Shown here: in pieces, positions 1 to 12,689 of the stretch
How positions within the stretch are numbered: the first letter of the stretch is position 1
Layout of the letters: every line of letters starts with the position of its first letter
Source: Epiperipatus broadwayi
Lineage: Eukaryota; Animalia; Onychophora
Assembly: GCA_028023455.1 (NCBI GenBank)
Contig: JAQFVV010000010.1
Coordinates: 16,678,001 to 16,742,000 of the forward strand
Length of the DNA stretch: 64,000 nt
Direction of reading: 5' to 3'
Translations under genes and position numbers: made by a program
Notes under the pieces: generated by a model
Databases searched by the model: none
Told to the model about the DNA's origin: nothing
The model's input: the letters and a program-made list of their open reading frames with translations, nothing else

Positions 1-859
1 TTTCATAGTACGGCCTGTAATTATTTCTATTAAATTCTATAGATAATTGTAAAATAAAATATTTAATATATGTAATCAATAACAATTTAATCTGTCAAAA
101 TATATATTGATGCTTATATTTCCATTAAACGATTGAGCACTAACATTTTTTTTATTATTTTCATTATTTCATAGTTATTCATTTAAGTAAAATGTTTATA
201 TGTTTTCTATATTAAACAATTTGACACATCTCTGTCAGTCTCAGGACTACCTACCCTAAATGAGCTAGTTAGCAGCCGAGCATTAAGTAATATATTATTA
301 CTAGTCTCATTAAATTCACTTCAATATAATTTTTATGCACGCACAGGATTGGCGCACGGGGTTGGGAAAATGATGATGTCTGTAAATATATTGCTTGGGG
401 AAAATATTAATTAGTGAGTACTAGGAAGTAAGGCTGAGTATTCCCATACTTATATAAATATGTCTGTTATTATGTCCCTTTTTATTGTTGAAGAGACAAA
501 GTTTTAAAATAACTTGCCTTCAGGTTATGGCTGCTACAAATCCATCTCGGCTAATCGAATGTTTTGCTTATGTATTAATCAATATCATTCAATAATATGT
601 TGTATAAGGATTTTTACTAAAGATAGTGTAAGTTCAACCCAGTAAAGATGGAGAGGGGTCGCAACCCGTTACAATACTAATGTGTGTATTATTACTAACA
701 GTTGAATATATTTGAAAAGTTTAAAGGTTTTAATTTTTTTAAAGACATTTAGCAATTAATATTAGATGATGGAAATAGTGTAACATATAATTGCAGCTAA
801 AATACGATTATCATAAACTTTCAAACATTATATACACACATATCAGATTTCACAAATTG

Positions 860-1250
860 ACCGTCATCTTTTGCTTTCATTTAATAATACAATTCAGTTT
901 TTTTTAAATGTTCTCAATATTCACTTTTCTCACCCACTCATTTCACTACTTCTACTTTTCTAATCATTCTTTCAAAATAGGTTTTTCATCTTTTTCCAAA
1001 CTTAGATTGTAAAATGCTACTCTGTTTCCCTTCCTTTTTCACGTTTCTTTATGATACAAAGCTACACTCCACACAAAAATACCAATTTCAGTGACATGTA
1101 GAATAAACTCTTATTAAAAGACTTTCTAAAATCATGTTTTCATTCTTTCCCACTATATTCATCCTCAATTTTCCAGATGCTCTGGTATTCAATTGCTGAA
1201 ATCTGATCTGTTATCATTTTTATATGTTTCACAATTTTAGTTTTACATGC
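860..1250 (-). mobile_element. Degenerate RTE-clade LINE fragment (RT thumb / C-terminal region)
   Basis: Broken minus-strand translation follows the RTE pattern (YLG..I....I..RI..A...F; LYG.E.W; EMW..RRML.I.W), e.g. 'tttttgtgtggagtgtagc' and 'gtgaaatgagtgggtgagaaaagtgaatattgagaacatt'. Many stops and frameshifts; boundaries approximate. Confidence 0.45.
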
Positions 1251-1341
1251 ATTTATTTTTATTTCAAACTTATTACATATTTTATCAAATCTTTATTTAA
1301 TTTATTATCTATCTATCCATATATATAAAAAATCATTTCAG

Positions 1342-1443
1342 GTTGCAGTTTATACGTAACAGGACTAATAATAAATCTTCACTCGGACCATATTCTAAGA
1401 ACATTACGAAAACCAGAAGAAACTGGCTATAAAATTCCTTATG
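1342..1443 (+). CDS. SRD5A1: Steroid 5-alpha-reductase, internal coding exon (G-CSLYVTGLIINLHSDHILRTLRKPEETGYKIPY-G)
   Basis: AG acceptor at 1340-1341 and GT donor at 1444-1445. The peptide matches the SRD5A1/2 motif INIHSDHILRNLRKPGETGYKIP. Phase 1 joins correctly to the exon at 11970. SRD5A1 versus SRD5A2 orthology is not resolvable. Confidence 0.9.
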
Positions 1444-1529
1444 GTAATTATATGTATATATGTTAATTCTTTTTTTTTTATACTTATGTATGTTTATTTA
1501 TACACATTTACATATATATCATCATTATT

Positions 1530-2110
1530 TTCAATTTTTTTCTTGAATCTTTCAGATACTTTTGGTCTTCTAATTCATGACTTTTCTTTACATCAATCAT
1601 CTCATACAGAATCTCTTTAAAATCTTCAATTGTCTACTTGCTATCATTACTTTTAGCAGTGTTTGTAACCCAGATATACTTCAGCCTAATTTTTTGAAAT
1701 ATTTTATCAAATTTTCTTGCTATCTTTCCTTGTTAATTCTATTCTCTCCTTACTTAGCTGAATGTTTGCACTCTTTATTTAGTTTCTTTATTAAGTTATG
1801 ATTTTCAAATCCAAAAATTAAACATTAATTCTCCATTTCATTTCAGGCACATAGACATATTTCTTTTTAATATTTAGTTTTGCCAAAAACATTTCATCCA
1901 AGTTGAATTCTATCATTAATTTCATCCATTTATGTTTCCATCATTATTTTTTCCTTTTTTGAAAATCCATTTCTATGGTTTTTTTAGTATTTGTTTTTAT
2001 ATATTTTCAACTCTCAGTTAGTTCTTATACCATTTCCCGAAGCTTTAAAGAATTATTTCAAACAAGCAAATCATGACATTTGCAAAATCCAGATAACTGA
2101 AAGAATCTCT
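1530..2110 (-). mobile_element. Degenerate RTE-clade LINE 3' fragment
   Basis: Minus strand gives RIQLG*NVFGK (cf. RTE RRIQLGWAAFGKL), KNMSMCLK, and a decayed KLKW.WAGH.AR..D.RWT block. It resembles the cleaner copy at 11.3-11.85 kb. Confidence 0.55.
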
Positions 2111-2633
2111 ATTTTCAATCCTTTATTTGCTATTTTAACCTTTAAAATATTTCCTATAAAAATACTGTAAAACATTTTTAGAAAGATAAAATCAATTTGT
2201 CATAATCCTTATCTATGTTACTATTGCTGTTGCATTACGATAAATATTTTTTAAAATTTAACAATATCCTGACTATGAAAATAAAATAATATCAAGCTAT
2301 TCAGTTTCTTCATGTATTTTTTTATTAGTATATTGTAGGTTTAATTAAATAGTGTTAGGTTTAACTTTTTTTTTTTAATGTGTTTTATAAATGTTACTAA
2401 ATCTATCAGGTTTTTTTATTTGGCTGTAATGTTTTACATAAAAGCAATTTGTACACTTCCACCATTTTATAGCAAAAAAAAGTGTTTATTATATATACAA
2501 TCTAACACTTTGACTGCAGTCTTTCTCCGAACTATGATATAATGACAAATAAAATAAATATATAAATAATATAATAAACTAATGTAATAAATAAAATTAA
2601 AAATAAATAAAAATAATAAACAAAATATAATAA

Positions 2634-3400
2634 ATAATATTTCTTTGATGTCATTTCCACTACATCAATCTTACACAAGTAGGGAATGGTTTCTATTTAC
2701 TTTTAACACCTTATGAAGGGGTACACCACTCTCACGCAAGGTAGGACCTGGTTTTTATCCACTTTTAACATCTGATGAAGGAGGTTAATCATAAACATAC
2801 GATCAAAAACATGAAAAAGATGTCTTTGATCATATGTTTATGATTACACCCCTTCGCAAGATGTTAAAAGTGGATAGAAATCATTCCCTATGACTGGTGT
2901 AGTGGAAATTATGCTACAGAAATATTATTCATTATTGGATAATCTCTAATCTAATGAATAACTAATAAAAATTATTATATACTTTCATTAAGTGATTTAT
3001 GTCAAAGTTGTGAGGGCAGCACATTTGTCACATCAATGGAAAGGGAAGGTAAAGTGGCTAACAGGTTTCTCTAGGCATAGTTGCTGAGAGATTCCTGACT
3101 CCGTTTAAGAAGTCACAGTGCATCACATTACAAACTAGTAATTTGCTATCTATATATATATATATACCAAACGATAAAGATATGGGTAAGAGATTGGATC
3201 AGCACTAAAGGTGCATCTTGGGGATCGTATATCTTTGGTCATATATGTTTATGATTATATTCCTCCACAAGGTGTTAAAAGTGGATGGAGGCCAATCCCT
3301 ATCTTGCATGAGAATGGTGTAGTGAAAATTACATGACAGAAATATTATTCATTAAGTGGATAATCTCTAGTCTAATGAATAACTAATAAATATTATTAAC
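2634..3400. repeat. Four copies of a ~90-170 bp unit: two reversed copies followed by two forward copies
   Basis: 2634-2722 and 2723-2806 are reverse complements of 2819-2990 (centre near 2812). 3228-3400 is a direct copy of 2819-2990; both share 'gtgttaaaagtggat...cagaaatattattcatta...ggataatctcta.tctaatgaataactaataaa'. Confidence 0.8.
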
Positions 3401-4599
3401 AAAATATAATAATATTACATATGATAATATGGAAGAAACCAAACAATATAAAATATATATTGATTATACCTGTATATTCTTGTCATATGTATGTTCATGA
3501 ACAACCATTAATTTAAAAGTTTTTTTTAAATCCTCTAATTATTACTATTGTTTATAAATTAAATCAATGTAAAACTTTAAATTTTATTATCACAAAATTA
3601 AAAAAATTCTTATAATTTTATCTTTATATATTTCTTTGTTTTAAATTATATATAATATCTACTATTTTTTTATTCAATCTTTTGTTATTAATAATTTTTC
3701 TTTTATATTTACCTTTTAATTTTTTAAAGTTTTGTCCTACAAATATTGATTTACTTTTAAGTTAATAATTAGATTAAGCAAATATATTTCTTTTGGATAT
3801 GTGTGTATATATATTATAAACTCAAATAAGATGAGTAAAAAAAAAAAACTAACTAGTGGGAAAAAATTTACCTTGGCTAAATAAACGATAATGCATAGGC
3901 TAAGCTTAGGGAGTTCTCATATATGATATATGCTATAATATAAACGTTGTGTCCACTTTTTCCGATTGTTTCTTTTTCTTCCTAAATTTATAATATTCAA
4001 TTAATTTCGGTTACTAATTCTTGCATTGTTTTTTCTTTAGAAAGTAAATATAATTTTAAATAAGTAAATACAAGATCATCATTGAATGCAGCCTAAATTT
4101 AAATTCCAAAAAATTCTTAGCACTCTCTACCTTCCATCATCATTAGCTTGGCAATAACTTTAAACTTTTAAAGAATAAATACCTAATTTTTTATTATTTT
4201 TGAAATATTTCTATAAGTTTGTGCCTTAATAGCCCAACCCAATAATATTGAAAGAAGTTATTATGTAAAGAAGTCAGTATCCGATGCCAGTCCTAAGAAA
4301 AATATTATTTTATGATATAATTATGTTTTCAAATTTGATTTTTTTAATTATATGCATTATTTACAATAAGTAGGTTTATCCAATTAAATTAATAATTTAT
4401 AACTCAGGCAGATTCAAGCCCTGATTTCAGCATGGTGAGCAAAGACTAGTTTATATATAAATAAACTCTAAGCATAAGCATACACTTATGTTTTTAAAGT
4501 CTATGCTCATGGGTAAATGCAAGGAGATTCTTAAAGCATATGACCAGAGGGATTGTCTTTTCTTTATAATAAATATATTTGTATAATATATATATATCA

Positions 4600-6006
4600 A
4601 TCATTAAAAATAGTCAACACTTAGACAATCCCAATATCAATAACAATCAACAATTTCAAACAGTTGTCAAGGCAACCTCCTTTTAAAAATAAAACATGAA
4701 ATCAAAAAATAGAGAAATAAAATTTTTGTTTACTATAACTTCTAATTAGTATCAGTTGATTGTTTTCTTACAATCAGTTATTATAATAAAATAAATTTGC
4801 TTTTTATTATTGCAAATATTATTTACAATAAGTATTATAATAGTAAGTAGCTTAAATTGATAAAAAATCAAGTCAGATGACCTAATTACACAAGAAAAAT
4901 TCAGACTATTTTGATTTTTGCAAAATACAGACATACCTGGGATGAAAATTTCTTGCAGTATCACATAGTGATTGTAGCTGTTGAGAAGAGAAATGCATGA
5001 AACAATAGAAATAAAATGGGTAAATCTGTGTGTATAAATAGACAAAAGTGGTTAGTCAATGATATCAGCCTGGTAAAGCCATTTGATATATAACTATTGT
5101 ATGATGAAAATTTTAAGTCTAATATCTTTATAAAAATCTCAGAATAATTCTCCTCATGAGGGTTATAAATGTTTCAATTAAATATTTTCATAGATAATAA
5201 AATAAAACATTTAGAAATAAAATATGTAAATCTGTATGTATAATTAGAGAAAAGTGATCAATCTTCATGTTACCTTTTTAGTTGGTCACTGTTCTGTACT
5301 TATAGACATAGGTTTACCCATTTTATTTATTATTTCATTTTGTTATCCATGAAAATACTTGATTTAGACATATAAAGTATAAAAAATGATCGTCATCTAT
5401 AAAATTTCCGTAATATGTTTTTCCATTAAAATAAACCACTATATTTCTTTTTCAAGAGGAAACACTGATAAAAATTAAAAATTTTGGCCAAATTTGTTAG
5501 CCATACCCTGAATTAATTATAAAATAATATTATAAAGCAAACATATAAAAATTGAAAATTGGTATTTAATTTTGAAGATGACATGGTTATTTAACCAAAT
5601 GCTAATTGTACTTCGTGAATAAAGTTCTTCCATTCAAAAGAAAAACATAGTGAATTTGTCTTTATATTTGACTTTATGATTATATTTATGTATTTATATA
5701 TTTCAACGTATGCGGTGTGAAATGTGTAAAGGTGTTGCGCATGAAAAATTTGCAAAAACTCATTTGCCTAATTGTCAATCAAACATTCTAAAATCTTATA
5801 TGAGCGACAAGTTTAGTAGCGTTAAACTGTGAGCATGAATTCTTACTCATTTTAGATGCAAACAAAACCTCATTGAAGTTGGCTCCATTTAAGGCTCCCG
5901 ATTGTGAAAATTTAAAATCTACTATGTAATCATTAAAGTCAGTCAACACTTAGATAATTCCAATATCAATAACAATCACAATCTGTTACCATGGCAATCT
6001 TCTTTT
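4600..6006 (+). repeat. Pair of ~80 bp direct repeats (4600-4685 and 5929-6006)
   Basis: Both contain 'tcattaaa..agtcaacacttaga.aat.ccaatatcaataacaatca...' and end '...ggcaa.ct.ctttt'. Confidence 0.7.
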
Positions 6007-6046
6007 AATACTGTATTGTGAAATTGTATTTAAATGAGTCAAGAAT

Positions 6047-6271
6047 GAAGATTTCTTTGGTTGTCACATAAACATTATAAATTTCACAGAAACTCATTTT
6101 TCTGTCAATCATAAAAAAAAAAATCTTCATTTTGCTGAATTTCCAAAAATTATATGAAAGACAAATTTAGACAATGCCAACCGCAAGAATGAAATTTTAA
6201 TCATTGTAGTTATAGACTCATGAGTTTCTGTGAGATTTTCAATGTTGTTTGTGGGCAATCAGAGAAATCTT
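6047..6271. repeat. Imperfect inverted repeat, ~50 bp arms
   Basis: 'aagatttctttggttgtcacataaacattataaatttcacagaaactcat' (6047-6096) pairs with 'atgagtttctgtgagattttcaatgttgtttgtgggcaatcagagaaatctt' (6220-6271). Confidence 0.6.
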
Positions 6272-7467
6272 GGCTTTCTATACATTTACATAATATTTTA
6301 TATCATATATAATAATATTACAAATTATGAAGATTTTAAACTTTTGTAAGATTCTACATTAGGAATATTAAATTGGACCGCTTTCAATTAAACTTTTTTT
6401 ACATCTATAATGAGTAAAATTTAATTCACACCAGTTAGCATTGTCTCTCATACAAGTTCTTGGGACTTAAGCAGAATGGTCTCATTTTGTTTGATTGATA
6501 ATCGAAGACATGTTTTTCTATAGACTTTTAACATACTTTGTTCAGCAGTCTGAGAAATCTTCAATTTCAGCATGTTTTCATATACATATATAATTAACAA
6601 AATATGAATAAAAAAGTTTACATTTCTTGAGAACCAAAATCTTAGGGTACTTTCAAATAAATGGTATTCAACATTAATCCATTTATTTCATTGTTATACA
6701 GATTTTTTGAAACTGTGTATAAAAAACCAAGGAATCTATATTCTTCATCGTAAAATAATTTTTAAATGATTTTGTAATTGAGTAAGATATTTACTAGTGC
6801 AGTTTCAAACTGTATTTTAAACAGAACGTAATCAACTCTTAACATATGCCATACTGTTGCAACATTGCTAAATAAAATTTAAAAATTAGTCAAATTTCAG
6901 AAATCAGTTTACCAAAATTTTTTATTTTGGCAGCCTTCTAAATGTTTTTGTTGAAGATAAAATCGAGCGCTGAAATATCATTTCAGAAAAATTATAGAAT
7001 GAGCATGGTATTTCCTCTGGATGAAGAACCCTAGAAAAGTTTGAACATCATTGTAGTGACCATGGAGTAATAATTAGCATAAATATTTATCAATGTTTCA
7101 GACTCTTATAGCTTATTTATTTGCCTTCTATTGTTTATTGCAATGGTAGAATGATGGATTCCAGAGTTCAAGGACTAGGGATCATGGCTCAGCTCAGGGA
7201 TGCTTGAATTTCTTATGAACTTCAAAGCAGTTAACTATTTGATTATTTTTCACACATATAATTGCATGTCCATACTCTACCATTCTAAATATTAATGTGA
7301 AAAAATACCCGTACAGAGTATAAAATTTAATACTTATTGTACCGAGTATACTTTTGACACTTTCACATCATATTCATGGGCAGTCTGCACACATATATGT
7401 ATATATTTATTATAATCATCCAAAATTGTCAGACTTTCTCTAATTTAAGATTAATCACTGGAATTCT

Positions 7468-7660
7468 ATCTGATCAAATAATTCTTATTTTAGAAGTATA
7501 TTCTTAGTCTTCCCCTTTACTTTCTTTGCATTTCTTCATATATTCATATATATTGCTTACAATAACTCCCCGCATATACACTTAATAAAAAAGATTTTCG
7601 CATTAAAGTGTATATATATGAGGGGAGTTATTGTAAGCAATATATAATTCTTATTTTATT
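7468..7660. repeat. Hairpin element whose left part is homologous to 50870-50990, next to the Penelope 3' end
   Basis: Arms 'atatattgcttacaataactcccc..catatacactt' and 'aagtgtatatatatgaggggagttattgtaagcaatatat'. The block 'ttagaagta...ctttacttt.tttgcatttcttcatatatt...catatacactt.aat' recurs at 50880-50980. Confidence 0.6.
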
Positions 7661-7685
7661 TTTGTTACTTTTAAAAATTATATAT

Positions 7686-8517
7686 AAAGATGAGCTAAAA
7701 ATAACCATTACTCTGACTACAGAATTTATTTTAATCAACTTTCAGAAAAGGCAAATACATTATTTTTCAACATAATATTCTTACTTTTCAATATATTTTG
7801 TCCATCTATCAACAAGCTTTCGTATTTCCTTCTTAGGATGAGTTGTGAGCCACAAATGCACCATTGTTTACATCTCTTAATCACGTGAATCTTTATCCTC
7901 ATAGTATTTTTTTTAGCCTCATTATGACGAATCCATGATTTATCACCAGTAATAATTTTTTTTAAGAAACTTTCATCTTCATTAGAGTATTACTTCAAAT
8001 TTTGTTTGCAGATGTCCAAACACTTGTCGTTGCTCTTCCGCGAATTGTTTCACTACCCATCTCACACAAACTTTTAGAAACTCAGACTGTCATGAATTAT
8101 TGCATAGGCAAAGTTATGCTGATTTGCCACATAATCCACTGTAGTTTATCCAACAGAATCAGATCACCTGGATGATTATTGTTGTCATCAATCATAGGCA
8201 TAGATTGGTGTCCGCTCCTTCTTCAGGTTGACAATTATGCACTCTTCCTTGAACTTTTTAAGAAAACACTTTTTATACTGTATACAGACACGCTCTCAGA
8301 CCACAAAAAATGAATCATTGCAGTTGCCCTTTTATGCATATTACAAATGGGGTAGCCATTGTCTCTCGCACCATAGTCACATTTGAACTTATATAACACA
8401 TTCAAAATTTCATAGCACTGATTAAGGAGACAGTGACTTCAAACAGAGAGTACTGATCAGGCAGTGTGACCAGAAGTTTTAATATAACTGGAGTGCCGAT
8501 AATTTAATTCACCCTCG
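7686..8517 (-). mobile_element. Internally deleted mariner DNA transposon
   Basis: One end reads TA-CGAGGGTGAATTAAATT (8519 downward) and a decayed counterpart lies near 7686. Translation fragments are FLKKIITGDKSWIRH (mariner first D motif, IITGDESW) and the C-terminus GIRKLVDRWTKYIEK..YYVEK*. The central DDD region is missing. Confidence 0.8.
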
Positions 8518-11329
8518 TATATTTTTTAATAAAGTGTACATCCAATATATTCTGCATGAGAATTCAAAATAAATTGAAAAAAGATTTGAAACTCTTCTAG
8601 AGGATTATTGAAATAATAAATATATTTTGCAATTATTACGTTTAACAGCCCATTGCTGTTTAATATCCAATGGCCACTATACCATCATTCATTAAGCAAA
8701 CTCAGTGCATGTTCTTAAATACAATCTCTAAAGCATAATTTGGTTTTCATTTTGGAAATTCTAATTTAAATATTTGCTTAAATGAACTTGCATTGTGCAT
8801 ATTATTGAGGTTATAGCCTCAGTAAATATTACTTACGTAATCAATGTGCATTTAATAAATTTATAATTGTGCTATGAAATAAATGATTTTTTAAATTTCT
8901 GCTGTCTAGCATTACTAGCATATTCTAAAGTGCTACATATTGTTTTATCATGTTATTGTTTTTTTTGTAATGAGCAAAGAGTTTAAACTTCATGGCCAAT
9001 TGTTCTAAAGTGCAAAATATAAAGTGCGCTAACACGCACAAGCACACAAAGCTGAAGACAAATAAAGAAATGTGTATATATATATATTGTGCCAAGGCCA
9101 ATTTAGCACATATATATAAAATAATTTTGTCTAAAAAAATTATTAAAATAAAATAAAAATCTTTCGTAAAAGAGTTTGAAATAAAGGATTAAAAGTGGGA
9201 AGGGGGTTTTCTTAAAGTCAAACTAAAAGTGTTAAAAGAAAGTAAAGTTTTTCTTAATTAGTATTCATAAAAATAAGTAATTTGAAATTTAAAAAAAATA
9301 TAAATCTCTTTTCATTCAAGCTTATTATAATAAATTATATATGTGCGTGCGAGTGTAAATAAATGTATGCATGTTAGAATAATATTAAAATATATATATA
9401 TATATAAATGAAAGTTAAAAAAGAAATTACATTTGGAAAACACAGCGATGGCTATTAAGTTAAATAAAGATTTAAAAAAACCACACCAGCGGTGGACTAC
9501 TAATTAAAGATATAAAAGCAATACATTTATGAAAGCTACTACTAATTAAACAATCTTCAAAAACACGTTGTCATAGGATTAATTACTAATGGAATTTCGA
9601 CAACACCTATTGCACCTATTGCCAGAGGATATTAAAACGAAAACAATTCGCATACATAAATAGCCAGATTTTTATCGGAGTTCAGTTTTTTTTCAGTCTA
9701 GTTTGCAGTGACAGTCTTGTTTCCATTCAGATAACAGTGCAGTTTCTATTATGTATTCAGAAACAAAAATGCATTGTTGAGCAGCTTTTGGAAATATACG
9801 CTCGTGCTTCAGCCTTTTTAGTCCACCAAGATCATCAAAATCTGCCTGTGAAATAATGTCTGCATAACAACTCAGAAATTCTCCGTCAAACATTCAACTG
9901 TTTTCAAGAATAAAACCAATGGATTCGCATAAAATCTCTTCAAGAAACGTCAAAATCTAACCGGTTAGATATAATCCATCAGAAGCAGCAGAAGCAGCCA
10001 ACAACATGCAATATCCATGTTCCAAAAATCCTAGGTAAACATTTATACATAGTAGCCACTGCTGTAATTCGTCAATCCTACCGAGTAAAGTAATTTGAAC
10101 TCTTAAGCATGCATAAAATGAACTATTGATGTGTGTGTGTGTGTGAATGTAAGATAGTTTAACGATGTCACATATTATTTATGCTTTTCACCAGATATAT
10201 GTTATAATGTGTTACTTTATAAATGTGCGTGTGTTAAATTAGATTTATAAAGATGTTTAAATTTAGTCAATTAATGTTGGGTAATAAATTATCTTTAAAC
10301 TTAATTAATGTTAATTAAAATAAAATGTCTTCAAACTTAAACTTTATTTGTCGGTCACTTCTTTTTACCAACCTTTTATTAATTCTTTCCACTACTAATT
10401 TTGTATAATTTTGTTATTGAATTAAATTTAGACTGAGCTAGTTTTAGGGAATGTTTTGAGCGCTGGATTATGAGCCTACTGCCTGAATACGTTAGTCATT
10501 AGACTAGCTGGCGCCCCAGGGTTTACCCCGAAACAAATAAAGTATTTGGATAATAGGGGTTTGAATCTAGCAGCCGAGATGGGCCATTGTTGATAGTTAA
10601 GGCTATCAATAAGATCTCCCATTTTGCTCGAACGTGCCGGTTCGTTCACGTAACATTTATAAGATTATAAATGTATTAGGAAGGAGTTTGAAACCGGCCA
10701 AAACTTATATATATATATAAGTAAATGGTTTCAGCGGTTTGACCTGGTACAGTATATATATATTTAATTAAGTGGCTAAGCGCTTTCAATGGTCAGAGCT
10801 CTCATATTCATAGCCATTTTGTAAATAGATAAGAAATTGATTAGGAGCGATGTAAATTTATGCAAATGCAATAGTTATGTATTCCATTTCCTGGATATCT
10901 CTAGCGATAAAGTAAGCCTCTTTTATCTCCCTTTTGAGATCGTGTCACTCTCTGCAAACCATCACTGGATCTCTAGGTTGGCAATCGTGACCGGCTGATG
11001 TGTGGTGTTGTATAAAAACTGAACTATAAGAAGTGTCCACCAGTGCTTTATTATAGGAGTATGTGTGGTTTTTTGTAAATAAATTGTAAATGTATATTTT
11101 TTGCATATTAATTTATTTAATAAAATGATGACTATTTCACATTTATATATTTGATTACTTACCATTAACTGAATTGTATATATTTTTATTTGACAATAAA
11201 GATGATTATTTTTCTAAATATCTTAATATTCTTTTAGTTATATAATCATATTTGTGTATTAAAATGGTCTAAATAAAAAAGTTATCAAAATGAATTAAAA
11301 GATTATTTACAAATTTGATAAACATCCTT

Positions 11330-11850
11330 TTTAAATCATCATCACCAACCATTATCAATTCATTGCAGGATGGTCTTTCCAATTTCAATCTATTTTCTCC
11401 TTATTCTAGCCTCTCTTCTCCACATCACCCCTGCACACTTTCTTATTTCATCCACCCATCTCACATGTGGTCTCTTTCTGAGTCTTGTACAATCTCTTGG
11501 AATCCAGTTTAAGATTTCAGTTGTCCATCTATTATTATATCTTCTAGCAATATGTCCAACCCAACTCCACTTCAGTCTTTTAATTCTTTCAACGATGTCA
11601 GCAACATCTGTTTGTTCTCTTGCCCATGCATTGCATTTTCGATTTCTTCTTGTTACTCCTAACATTTACCTCTTCATACTTCATTTAGTGGTCTGATGTC
11701 TATTGATTTTCCATTAAGTATCCAAGTCTCAGATCCATAAGTAAGAACTTGTAAAATACATTTATTAAAAACCTGTCTTTTCAAACACATAGGCATATTT
11801 CCTTTTAATATTAAGTTATTTCTACCAAACCTTTTTAAATACTTAGCTAT
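11330..11850 (-). mobile_element. 5'-truncated RTE-clade LINE 3' end
   Basis: The ORF track peptide (ERIKRLKWSWVGHIARRYNNRWTTEILNWIPR...RWVDEI) and the upstream NMPMCLKRQVFNKCIL.VLTYGSETW are typical of RTE. It ends in a (GAT)n-like tail near 11336. Confidence 0.9.
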
Positions 11851-11969
11851 AATTCAAACAGTGACCACTAACAACTGATTAAATTATTTGTTGATTTGCA
11901 TTATTTAACATTTATAAAGATATTTAATAAAGTAATGATTATTTCACATTTGCATATTTTATTACTTAG

Positions 11970-12120
11970 GTGGCTTATTTGAATATGTCTCAGCAGCTAA
12001 TTATTTTGGAGAAATCGTGGAATGGGCTGGCTATGCTCTTGCTTCTTGGTCGTACCCAAGCTTTGCATTTGCTTGCTCTACTTTAGGCATTCTTGGGATA
12101 AGAGGTTACCAACATCACAA
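11970..12120 (+). CDS. SRD5A1: Steroid 5-alpha-reductase, penultimate coding exon (G-GLFEYVSAANYFGEIVEWAGYALASWSYPSFAFACSTLGILGIRGYQHH-K)
   Basis: AG at 11968-11969 and GTAAG at 12121. It carries the hallmark GGLFEYV..ANYFGEI.EW.GYALASW. Phase 2 joins to the exon at 17719. Confidence 0.95.
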
Positions 12121-12187
12121 GTAAGATATTCTTTTGATTCTATTCATGTATTAACTAAAATGGTTTTTAGTCTATAAAATATAGAGT

Positions 12188-12689
12188 AAAATAAAAAATT
12201 TATATAAAATTACAATACTAGCCAAAAAAACTCAACTTCACTCAAATTCTTCCACAACCATGATTTCATCTATTGACATATAGATCTTTTCAGGTGAAAT
12301 TCAAGTAAACATACCACATATATATACCAAACCAAATAGCCTTCCCATCATTCACTTCAAAATCCAATTTCCTTTAATATCAAAGGATGTCTTCATGAGA
12401 TTCAAAAATATTATTTGACAATGCGGAAGTTATGTTTTATGAAAAAAAGTGAATTGAAAAGAAAAGCTTTGATGATAAAATATTTTGAATCTGAGGCCAT
12501 CAATCTCATGAAAACATCCTTCGATGTTAAAGGAAGTTAGGTTTTAAAGTGAATGATGGGAAGATTATTTTATTTGGTATATATATGTAGAATGTTTAGT
12601 TGAATTTCCCTTGAAAAGGTCTTATGAAAAAATTTGTTGAAGTTTAATTTTTTTGGCTAGTATTGTAATGTTATATGAATTTTTATTTT
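12188..12689. repeat. Long imperfect inverted repeat (arms about 12188-12413 and 12477-12689, ~60 nt loop)
   Basis: 'attacaatactagccaaaaaaa' pairs with 'tttttttggctagtattgtaat', 'cttcccatcattcactt' with 'aagtgaatgatgggaag', and 'catgagatt' with 'aatctcatg'. Confidence 0.85.

Noticed and set aside
241-640. Open stretches near 241-415 and 525-630 as an upstream SRD5A exon
   Set aside because: No frame resembles the expected preceding exon (F...NGY.Q motif), so that exon probably lies upstream of the window.
2768-2806. CTGATGAAGG...TAAACATACG as a hammerhead
   Set aside because: All copies of the unit read CATAAAC rather than GAAAC, stem II does not pair, and the other copies lack CTGATGA.
10509-10534. 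TGGCGCCCC as a tRNA-Lys-type PBS, and the adjacent GGGTTTACCC-CGAAAC as a hammerhead half
   Set aside because: The match stops after 8 nt, no flanking LTR pair was found, and there is no CUGANGA upstream of the hairpin.
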